From positions 1 to 46,499 of the forward strand of contig CBDDTI010000313.1 in assembly GCA_965233585.1 (NCBI GenBank): 46,499 bases of DNA. Reading direction: 5' to 3'. This DNA comes from a bacterium (GTDB taxonomy: Bacteria; SAR324; NAC60-12). Each line of letters starts with the position of its first letter. Position 1 is the stretch's first letter. Both the position numbers and the translations under genes were made by a program. Below are positions 22,994-32,375 of the stretch, one piece after another. The notes under the pieces were generated by a model, which was not told where the DNA came from, made no database searches, and was given only the letters and a program-made list of their open reading frames with translations.

Positions 22994-25096
22994 TTAGCTG
23001 ATGGCTTGTTCTTCATGGAAGCTTTGTTCTTGATGGAAGCTTTGAATGCTAGGGAGAATTTTTTTCTTAGGCTTGCCTTTCTGCCTGGCCTCAGGCTGGA
23101 GCTCAGCCAAAGCTTCATGTCTGCTCATGTCTGAGAGTTTCTGAGCATTTTTTTGCACAAGTTTGCTCTTATGCTTCCTCAGCAGCTTTCTGAGCTTCCT
23201 CTGCCTTTCCCTCTTAGCAACCCCTCTCTCTTTCTTGCTTTGGTACTCAGCAGTCCCCATTCTTCTGATTTGGGCTCTTCTGAGGGAAGGGTGAATCCTC
23301 AGGGACAAGGAGTTTTGAAGCTCTAGTTCCAAGTCCTCAGCAATGCCATCACAGATCTCTGGCTGGAGCTCTTCCTCAGTGAAGTCCTTCTCATCCTCAG
23401 GGTGGAAATAGTCCCAGACTTGGAGGTCTGAGATGTGCTTTGCTGTGCTGCTCAGATTCCAATCTGCCTTTACAGGCACTCCCTCAGCATCTCTCCACTT
23501 GAGCCTGTCTCTGAGCCACTCAGGACTGTACCTCTTGGTGCCAACCTCTAAGCCCATCTCCTTAGCCCAGCTCTGAGACAGGAGTTCTACAAGCCTCCCT
23601 GAGGCTGGATCAGGCCTGTAGACCAGGATCCCATTCCTCACTGCAGCTCTGAGAACCCATTCATCTTTGAGGTTCTTCTCAGCCATGGCTTCTTGAGCTG
23701 CCACAACTGCAGTGACAATTTGTAAGGGGCCAACTTTCCAAACTGAGTGCTCAGCTTTTCTTTGGGCCTGCCACTGGGCTCTGAGATCAATGAGCTTGTG
23801 TCTCACTAAGGCCTTGAACTGCTTAGCAAAATCAGTGTCAGTGATTTGCAACTTAGAGGTGCACTTCTCAGCCACAAGGCAGCTTAACTGATTTGCTAAG
23901 GCCATGGACTCAGTGGCTGAGTCACTGAACACTGAGGAGAAGCAATCCCTCATCCAAATGGATGCAGGGTACTGGGCAGCTTGAGCCTGGATGCTCCAGC
24001 TGAGGATAACTGAGTCCACATTGGCTGCAGGCTGCTGCATGATCTCAATCTTAGACATGAGCTCAGGGTGGCTCTGCCTCAGCCTCCTGTAGGGCAGCAT
24101 GATTCTCCCAGCTGAGTTTCCCTGAGACCTGGTGATGACCTTCTCACCCACTTTGAAGGTTTCATCACTGAGCCATGTGCCACTCTCTGAGATGTTGCTC
24201 AGTCTGGCCCATTCACCTGGCACAACTAACAGCCCTTTGCCAACTGAGCCAATGATCTCCTGAGACTCATCAGCATAAACTGAGTGCAGGAGCTGCCTGG
24301 CTTCATAAGTGATCCTGTATCTATCCTCCCCTGAGATTCCAATGAGAGTTGTGGACCCTGGCTGAGGCAAAGCTGGCTTGGCTGCTGCTGCTGAGGGCTG
24401 AGTTGAGCTTGCTGCATCTTTCTGAGTGCTGGCTTCTGCATCTTGCTGAGGGCTGGCTGGGACCATTTGCTCAGCATCTCCTGGAGCAGGGCTGTCTGAG
24501 CCAAAGAGACATTCCTCAGCTGGTGGAGCTGAATCAAAGCTGGCCTGCTTCACCAAAGAATCTTGCTCAGGTTGGCTGGCTGGAGGGCTGCTGGCTGCTG
24601 ATGCAAAGCTGAGCTGCCTCACTACTGACCCCTTGGGTGATGACTCAAAGCTCAGCTTTCTTTGTGGCTGAGGTGTGGCTGGTACAAGGGGCCCTGCCAT
24701 CATGTCAGGCCCATGCTCTGAGTGCATGGCTTCACTGATGGCTAGCCTGACTGAAGAGTAGTCCTTGACATCAGCTGAGGCATGCAGTTCCTCCTCAGCA
24801 AAGACAGCTCTTCTACCTGTAGCCTTAGCCCACAAAGGCACCTGATCAGAGAATCCAATGGCCAACTGAGACCTTGCTGAAATGAACTGGGCTGGGCTGC
24901 TGAGCCTGTTGCTGTCAGCTAATGTCTGCTGAGATGCACATGTTGCTAGCCACAGTGTGTGGTCAAACTCTTGCCAGGTCAGCTTGGTCCTGGTTTGGGA
25001 TTCTACCTGAGAGATGTTTGTAACTAGCTCAGTGGACATGTACTTAGCATCAAGCCATTTGACCAGCTGAGTCTTATTTTTTCTTGTAACCATCAC
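22994..25096 (-). CDS. pogo/Tc5 DDE_1 catalytic domain (DD35D)
   Basis: GFSDQVPLW (D1, ~24846), RYRIT, WMRDCFSS (D2, ~23946), CTSKLQITD...FK (D3, ~23838); 35 residues lie between D2 and D3. Confidence 0.8.
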   Translation of the reverse strand: MMVTRKNKTQLVKWLDAKYMSTELVTNISQVESQTRTKLTWQEFDHTLWLATCASQQTLADSNRLSSPAQFISARSQLAIGFSDQVPLWAKATGRRAVFAEEELHASADVKDYSSVRLAISEAMHSEHGPDMMAGPLVPATPQPQRKLSFESSPKGSVVRQLSFASAASSPPASQPEQDSLVKQASFDSAPPAEECLFGSDSPAPGDAEQMVPASPQQDAEASTQKDAASSTQPSAAAAKPALPQPGSTTLIGISGEDRYRITYEARQLLHSVYADESQEIIGSVGKGLLVVPGEWARLSNISESGTWLSDETFKVGEKVITRSQGNSAGRIMLPYRRLRQSHPELMSKIEIMQQPAANVDSVILSWSIQAQAAQYPASIWMRDCFSSVFSDSATESMALANQLSCLVAEKCTSKLQITDTDFAKQFKALVRHKLIDLRAQWQAQRKAEHSVWKVGPLQIVTAVVAAQEAMAEKNLKDEWVLRAAVRNGILVYRPDPASGRLVELLSQSWAKEMGLEVGTKRYSPEWLRDRLKWRDAEGVPVKADWNLSSTAKHISDLQVWDYFHPEDEKDFTEEELQPEICDGIAEDLELELQNSLSLRIHPSLRRAQIRRMGTAEYQSKKERGVAKRERQRKLRKLLRKHKSKLVQKNAQKLSDMSRHEALAELQPEARQKGKPKKKILPSIQSFHQEQSFHEEQAIS

Positions 25097-26021
25097 TCTT
25101 CAAGATAGTGTCTTTCCTGACTTCTCTTTCCTTAGCATCTGCCAGAAGCTCAGCTCTATGTAGAGCAGAAATATCACTCAGCTGAGCTTGGTTTCTAAGC
25201 TCATTGGCTGTGAGCTGCAGCCTACCAAGAAACTCAGCAAGCAAATCTTGCTTAGATATGGTGTGACCACATGCTCTTTCAATGCTGAGCCACTGCTTCA
25301 TTTTTGAGATGATGTCTGAGAATGGAACCTTTCTGCCACCTCCTGAAGCTCTTTTCCTCTTGGAGGTCTGATGCACAGGCTTGCATTTGAGGTCCTTCTC
25401 AGCTACAAGAACTTTCCAATGCTCTTCCTTAGCCAAGATGTTCTGAAGAGATCTCTTTGCAATGCCAAACTTCCCCACCTGAGCTTTCCAGTAATCTTGT
25501 AAACTGCTGAAAGAGTCTTTGGCTGCCTTCATCTCCTCACAGTATTTCAGCTTAGTAGCAGCTGAGACTTCAACTCTTTTCATTTGTGAGCCTGGCACTT
25601 TTCTGTTTGTTGACTTAGGGCTGGCTGTTGGAGATCTCTGAGGCTCTCTTCTCATCAGCTTCCTCTTTTTTTGTGCTACCTCAACAAGCTCATTTTCAGT
25701 TGTGGCTACCTCAGCTTCTAACTCAGCATGCTTTCTGAGTGCATCATTCCTTTCCTGGAGAGCATCTTGCTGGAATCTGCTGAGCCTCTGCCTCTTGAAA
25801 GGCTGAGGTTGCAGATGTAATGGCACTGGCTGAGCTTCTTTCTTCTGGCCTGCTGAGCCAAAGAACTTGTTCAAGCCATACTGGACCTTTCCTGAGCTGG
25901 GTGGTGAAGACTCAGGGCTGCCAGTGGCATCCTTCTCAGGTGTAGCTTCAGCTCCTCCACCTCTAGCTCTGGCTTGCTGAGTCACCTTAGTCAGCAAGAA
26001 GCCAACATGAAGGTAGCCCAT
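25074..26021 (-). CDS. Transposase N-terminus: HTH-psq-like and CENP-B/Tc5-type HTH DNA-binding domains
   Basis: KRVEVSAATKLKY...KFGIAKRSLQNIL followed by KRKRASGGGRKVPF...MKQWLSIERACGHTISKQDL. Confidence 0.8.
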   Translation of the reverse strand: MGYLHVGFLLTKVTQQARARGGGAEATPEKDATGSPESSPPSSGKVQYGLNKFFGSAGQKKEAQPVPLHLQPQPFKRQRLSRFQQDALQERNDALRKHAELEAEVATTENELVEVAQKKRKLMRREPQRSPTASPKSTNRKVPGSQMKRVEVSAATKLKYCEEMKAAKDSFSSLQDYWKAQVGKFGIAKRSLQNILAKEEHWKVLVAEKDLKCKPVHQTSKRKRASGGGRKVPFSDIISKMKQWLSIERACGHTISKQDLLAEFLGRLQLTANELRNQAQLSDISALHRAELLADAKEREVRKDTILKSDGYKKK

Positions 26022-27372
26022 GAGTGGCTGAGTTACTCAATAATATGAATGTTTGGATGGTACTCTATTGTGCCCAACAACTTTTTTGGGGTTGAAAAAA
26101 ATAAAAAACCTTCTCCACCTTTCTTTGAGTAAAGCTGGTGCATTTACTTTAGAAAGCCATATTTGTGTTAAATCTAAATGCAAGGTTTTCCAAATAATTA
26201 GATGCCTTATTAAACCCTTATTAAAAAACAGCATCCAGACAATTTTTCAAGGTGGTACCCCATGAGTGGCTGAGTTACTCAATAGTATGAATGTTTGGAT
26301 GGTACTCTATTGTGCCCAACAACTTTGGGTGTTGAAAAAAAACAAAAACCATTTCTCCACCTTTCCTTTAGTAAAGCTGGTCCATTTACTTTAGGAAACC
26401 ATATTTGTGATAAAGTTCTAAAACTCTAAAATGCAAGGTTTTCCAAATAATTAGATGCCTTATTAAACCCTTATTAAAAAACAGCACCCAAACAATTTTT
26501 CAAGGTGGTACCCCATGAGTGGCTGAGTTACTCAATAGTATGAATGTTTGGATGGTACTCTATTGTGCCCAACAACTTTGGGTGTTGAAAAAAAACAAAA
26601 ACCCTTTCTCCACCTTTCCTTTAGTAAAGCTGGTCCATTTACTTTAGGAAACCATATTTGTGATAAAGTTCTAAAACTCTAAAATGCAAGGTTTTCAAAT
26701 AATTAGATGCCTTATTAAACCCGTATTAAAAAAACAGCACCCAAACAATTTTTCAAGGTGGTACCCCATGAGTGGCTGAGCTACTCAATAATATGAATGT
26801 TTGGATGGTACTCTATTGTGCCCAACAACTTTGGGTGTTGAAAAAAAACAAAACCCTTTTCTCCACCTTTCTTTGAGTAAAGCTGGTCCATTTACTTTAG
26901 GAAACCATATTTGTGATAAAGTTCTAAAACTCTAAAATGCAAGGTTTTCCAAATAATTAGATGCCTTATTAAACCCTTTTAAACAAAAACAGCACTGAGT
27001 TACCAAACAATTTTTCAAGGTGGTACCCCATGAGTGGCTGAGTTACTCAATAATATGAATGTTTGGATGGTACTCTATTGTGCCCAACAACTTTGGGTGT
27101 TGAAAAAAACAAAAACCCTTTCTCCACCTTTCCTTTACTAAAGCTGATCCACTTGTTTTAGAAATAGATATTTGTGTTAAAGCTGTAAAATGCAAGGTTT
27201 TCCAAATAATTAGATGCCTTATTAAACCATTATTAAAAACAGCACCCAAACAATTTTTCAAGGTGGTACTCCATGAGTGGCTGAGTTACTCAATAATATG
27301 AATGTTTGGATGGCACTCTATTGTGCCCAACAACTTTTAGGAGTGAAAAAAATATTTCTCCACCTTTCTTTG
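26017..27372. repeat. Satellite array S3 (~6 monomers) immediately upstream of the transposase ATG
   Basis: Anchors at ~26033, 26275, 26528, 26781, 27043, 27286. Confidence 0.95.
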
Positions 27373-27551
27373 GGCAAAGGCTCCAGGATGTCTGAGATGT
27401 CCAAGCTCTCAAGGACATTGAGTTCCTCAGCCTTGTGGTGGAGAGCTTTCTGCCTGCTGAGAGCTCCTTTGAAGTAATGAACTGCTGAGCTGTAGTAATT
27501 CTGAGCCATTGCACCAAGCTTGTCCTCAAAGGATTTGCTGAGCTTCTTCAT
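27318..27551 (-). CDS. Copy of the 77-aa hypothetical ORF
   Basis: One amino-acid difference from 11461-11694. Confidence 0.5.
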   Translation of the reverse strand: MKKLSKSFEDKLGAMAQNYYSSAVHYFKGALSRQKALHHKAEELNVLESLDISDILEPLPKERWRNIFFTPKSCWAQ

Positions 27552-28181
27552 CTCCTAGCTGGTTCAATGAAAGATCCCAAAAGATATAAACATAATTTAA
27601 CTATATAATGAATTGTATAATGAGTTTACCTCAAGCAGCTCAGATGCACAAAATTATACTCAAGTGCCAACAAGCTTCATCCCTGAGCAGCTGCATCTTA
27701 GTGACCAGAGCACTCAAGTTACTGAGTGGCTTCAAAAGGATGCTCAGGGTGAAGAGGAGCAAAGAAGTGAATGCAAGCCATCCCTGAGTTTTGCAACATT
27801 GCATTCATGTTACAAGAGGCACATTTACCTACATAATAAAAAAAAAATGTTGATAAAATAGAACATTGAAAACATGAAAATAGACAACACTAAGCTGTGC
27901 CTAAGGTCAAGTTCAGCTGAGGAAAAAATGAGATTGAGGTCCTTCAGCCTCACTGCCAGGTCAATAGCATTGCAACCTCAAGTGCAGGTTTGGTGCAAAA
28001 CAAAAAATACACTAAGAAAAGAGCTAGTTGCCTAATTGATTAATTAATTAATTAAGTAATTAATTAATCAATTAATTACATCAAATAATTACTAACTAAT
28101 TAATTAATTACAGATGTTGAATACTGAGGCAGACTCTTTTTTCAAAAACGCTGCTCAGGTAAGCTGAGCTATTGTATTGTC

Positions 28182-28532
28182 TCAGCACTCATTCTGAGCC
28201 TGTAGATCAGTGTTCCACTGAGAAAGTAGGTCAGGCTCAGCCACATCTGAGAGGTCTATGCTGCTAAGCACATTGAGCCTCCCAGCCTTGGTTCTGAGTC
28301 CTGATTCCCTGCTAGAAGCACTGAGCCAATGGTGCTTAGCACAGCTGAAAGGATGTGCTGAGTCCACCACCTCTTCCATGCTTTTCTCAGTGTGGGCCCA
28401 AAGTCCTCTTAGCTCAGGTCGCTGAGTGTTCTCCACCACCAGTGTCTCCTGCCTGAGCTCTTCCTCTGAGGCAGTCCTGCTGTAGAGTGCCTGAGCTGGC
28501 TGAAAAGGTTTCAAGAAACCAACAGACCTCAA
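28182..28532 (-). CDS. Copy of the 125-aa ORF with an in-frame 27-bp deletion (116 aa)
   Basis: Lacks ETEVQWHLS. Confidence 0.45.
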   Translation of the reverse strand: MRSVGFLKPFQPAQALYSRTASEEELRQETLVVENTQRPELRGLWAHTEKSMEEVVDSAHPFSCAKHHWLSASSRESGLRTKAGRLNVLSSIDLSDVAEPDLLSQWNTDLQAQNEC

Positions 28533-29038
28533 CTAAAAACATCCAACAACATGATCCTCTTCACAAAAAAAGGAAACCAAATGAATTCAAGTACCCTGAG
28601 GAATCGATTGTACATGACACCCTCCCTGGTGGCTAAGATAGCAGTGCTCAGCAGCAAGTTCCACTCTGTGAACTGAGCTTCTGGGTCCCAGTGGGAGACA
28701 GGTCCACTGAGAAGTGCCCAGCGCTTCTTCACTAAGAATTCTGTGAACAAAGCTGCACCACCTGCCTGAGGGTCAAACTCTTCAAAATGCTGCTTGAGGT
28801 GCCTCAGGGTGTCCCAGGTACTTCCCCCAGTCATATCCATCCTGAGCTCCATGGACCTGACCTTCTCTGAGATGAAGTCAAGCCTCTGCTGAGAATGGTC
28901 AGAAGCATACCAAAGGTCATCTCTGAGGTTCTGCAGAACCTGCACCAAGGTGCTGAGCTCAGTCTTAAGGCCCAGGAGGAAGATGAAGCAAAGAGCCAAG
29001 CCTGGTGTTGTTTTATGCTCCCAGGCAAAAACAAACAA
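28529..29038 (-). CDS. Copy of the TELSTLVQ... ORF/exon
   Basis: Same core as 12692-13126. Confidence 0.5.
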   Translation of the reverse strand: MFVFAWEHKTTPGLALCFIFLLGLKTELSTLVQVLQNLRDDLWYASDHSQQRLDFISEKVRSMELRMDMTGGSTWDTLRHLKQHFEEFDPQAGGAALFTEFLVKKRWALLSGPVSHWDPEAQFTEWNLLLSTAILATREGVMYNRFLRVLEFIWFPFFVKRIMLLDVFS

Positions 29039-30254
29039 GTAGTTTTTACCATTGGCCTAAGCAATTTTTAACAGCTGATCCAAGTATGGTACTGCTTGCT
29101 GCCAAGAAGCAAGCTGAGGTGCATGAATGACATCTGATAGCTGGCTGAGCCTAGCCTGTAGGTCCACTGAGGTACCACCTAGGGCTACCATCTGAGGAAT
29201 GAACAAAAACATGTTGAACCATGCAATCCAAGGACCCAAAAACAAGTTGTTATGTAGCTGAGATGCTAGCCAAGCTGATGCCTGTGCTGCAAGCAAGAGC
29301 CATGATGCAAACCATCTTCAGCTGAGGTCCCATGGCTCCAAGAGAAGAACTGATGACTGAAGGCTGCTGATGTGCTGAGATCAGAAAAAGCTGCTGAGGC
29401 ACATGGTGCTCAAGAGACTGAGATGCTGAAGACAGACTGGCTCAGAGGCTGACATGATATTTGTTCTACTGTGTCTAAGGCCAGGTTTACCTCCTGCAAA
29501 ACCATTAATTAATTAATTATAAATAATTAATTAGCAATTGTTGAGGGGTGGGTTCCTCACACTAGACATTAAGGTGCAAGCTCAGAAACTTGAGAGGCTC
29601 AGCCCAGATGAAGCCACCAAGCTGAGGATCACAAAGGCCTTCAGCTGAAGATTCATGGCTGTAGCCTTGGCTGCCATGGAAGCACATGGAAGCACATGCC
29701 ATTAATTGATTATGTTTTAGTTTACCCTAAAATTTGAAAAATAACCAGAAACAAACACATGACTAAACTTGATTGAGAAGCCAGGAAGCAAATGCAGTTG
29801 CAACTGGGTGCTCAGAGTGCTGAAGCTTGGATGTTGGATGCTGCTGTGGTAGCATGGAGGCTCAGAACAGCCCTAGATGAAAACTTAGAAAGGAATGTCA
29901 CCAACTGAGGGTGGCCAACACTCAGTGCCAAGGCTTAGTAGTGGCTGCAGCCAACCTAAGTATGCCTAGTATGCTAAGTTATATAAATTCTACTTTAGAT
30001 AGCCTTTCCCATGGGTGGCCTAGATCCTTAGCTAAGCATTAATTAGTAGTGACAACATCCTCCCCTGATCATGCTAAGTCAAATCTGAGTGATTGCAGCC
30101 AGCTCCAAGCCACTTTTTCACCCAGTGCCTCTGAAATCTGATGCTGTTGAAGAGCTGATGCATGCTGAGAATACATAAAGTAGACAAAAATCATGACCAA
30201 GTCATGGCTGAGGGTTGCTTAGGCTGTGCCAAGCTTCTAAAAAGTAGAAGTCAC

Positions 30255-31845
30255 CTAAGCCCCATCAGAAGTGCATCTGCTGAATCTTACTGTGCTTGCT
30301 GAGATAGATGCTGATGATGTAGCCCTGAGACTTTTCTTCACATCTTCAGGTCCTGCCAGGGGGAACAGTATAAGGACAAGGTCAGCTACATGGGCACTGC
30401 ACTAAGAAGAACCATTACAATGTCCAGCATTAGCCATTACTTATGCTAAGTAACTAAAGTAATTAGTTAATACTTTAACTATTCTAAACCCCAACAACAA
30501 CCAGCAGCAGTGCCAAAAAAAACTAGTTCAAAAAAACAATGGCAACAACAACAGAAACAGCAGCATTGACACATTTTCCCTGCCAGCTGTTTGCCATGGC
30601 TTGTGATGTTTCCAAAAAAAGTAGGTAATATGTTAATTACCTAGGTTCATCGTCAAGCTAGTGTTCATCCTCAGGTATTACCTGAACCCTCTGGCTTCTC
30701 AATCCTTTGCTTCTTGCTGAGACCAGGAGGCTCAGAAACATCCTGGGCATCTTTCTGCATTTTCTGATGCAGCTCCAGCAAAGTCTGAGGGCTCAGACCA
30801 ATAGCTGCCATCTGATGCAGAAGATCCTTAGCCTGCTGTTCTTTTAGCTTCCTCAGTTCCTCCTGAGCCTTTGCCATCTCTTCCTCCTCCTTCTTCTGAG
30901 CCAGGAAACCTTTCAGCTTCTCCTGAGCATCTAAGATGCCAAGCCTGAGCTGACATAAGACACCTTGCTCCTCAGCCATCTGCTGGGCATCTTTGAAGAT
31001 CCTCTCCATAGTGGCATCCTGAGCAGCATAGGCTTCCTCAACAAGCAGAAGCTTCTGAGAGAGGATGGCTTCCAGCTGCTCCACATCTGAGACATCAGGA
31101 CTAAGGTCCATCTCTTTCAGCTGATTGATAGCCTGGCTGATGCCATTCTCAGGGTCAATCTTAGCAAGCAATGACTTGCAGTACCCCTGAGAAAAGGTGG
31201 GGTCATCAGTCTGGGCAGCTATAGCAAAGGTAGCAGCTTCAGGTGGCTGAGAAGGTGCAGCATCAGCTTCAGCTTGAGGTTGCTGACAAGAAGGAGGCTT
31301 AGGTGGCTTCAGTCTGTGCTTGAACTGAGCTGTCCAGTAAGGTTTTGAGGAGATTGACTTCTGCCAAGGCAATGGGGTCATGTTGAGAATCACCTGATAA
31401 TACTGAGCAATGACTCTCTGAGGCCACCCATTGACATCCTGCAAGGTTCCAAAAGATGTGAAGAAAACTTTCAATCAGATATTAAAACTTAGTAATTAAT
31501 TAATTAATTAATTCATTGATGAAGGCCATGCACCCATGCTCAGAGACACAAAGAACAAATGCATGCACACATGTTCAAACCCATGTCCTTGCAGGAATTG
31601 CACCCATTCTGAAATGGGATCCTGCTGAGTTTCACCTTAGCATTGCACTTAGGACAAGCAACATCAGGCTCTCCCTCATAGCGAGGGTACCTGATGATCC
31701 TCTCAGTGCTTGATCCATGAGCAAAGAGGTCATCCACTGAGGGAAAGCTTTCTGGAATGAGCTTGAGCTGAGCATGGCCACCCTTGACAGTATATTCCAT
31801 GCCAGATGGAACTAATTCTGAGTGATCCTTAGTGATCCTTGCCAT
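30255..31845 (-). CDS. Accessory gene A2, copy 2 (spliced)
   Basis: Near-identical to 14428-16020; ORFs 31540-31845 and 30671-31474. Confidence 0.65.
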
Positions 31846-32375
31846 GGCTCAGTTGCTGAGTGTCAGCTGGCTGAGTTGAAAGGCAAATAGGCTCACCATG
31901 TGCTTGAGTTCACTAATCAGCTGAGGAATCACATAAGCATGCATTGCGGAAGAAAACAGAGCACAAGTCCAAGACCATGGGCAAGCTGAGAGCCAACCTC
32001 ACACCCCCAGAACCAACCCTGAGTCCTCTCTAAGCATTGCCATCATTCTGAGCATCTTCTAAGCCACATCTCTGATTGTTCTCTGTGAGCATTCTAAGCC
32101 ACACCCTCAGGTCCTGCCAGGGGGAAAAATATAAGAACAAGGTCAACTACATGGGCACTGAACCAAGAAGAGCCATCAATTAATTACAATGTATTAATTA
32201 CAAATAGTTCTTGTGAAACTAGTTCAAAAATAAACAATGGCAACAACAACAGAACCAACTCAGCCCATCAAATGCATTTTTCCACTGCCAGCTGTTGTCA
32301 TGGCATGTGATGACACAAATCAGTCTGAGCTGAGATATTGCAAAGCATGCCTAAGTCTTTTGCTCAGGCTTCAAA

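Larger units (their letters stand above)
21472..26021 (-). mobile_element. pogo/Tc5-family (DD35D) transposase-Ulp1 protease locus, ~1500 codons, interrupted by 4 frameshifts and 1 in-frame TGA
   Basis: Contiguous same-strand ORF pieces give HTH + CENP-B HTH + DDE_1 + C48 protease + Cys tail; no TIRs found. Confidence 0.8.

Noticed and set aside
21400..27400. Terminal inverted repeats or TA target-site duplication around the transposase
   Set aside because: None recognisable by eye; all repeats are direct, and element ends may lie outside the window
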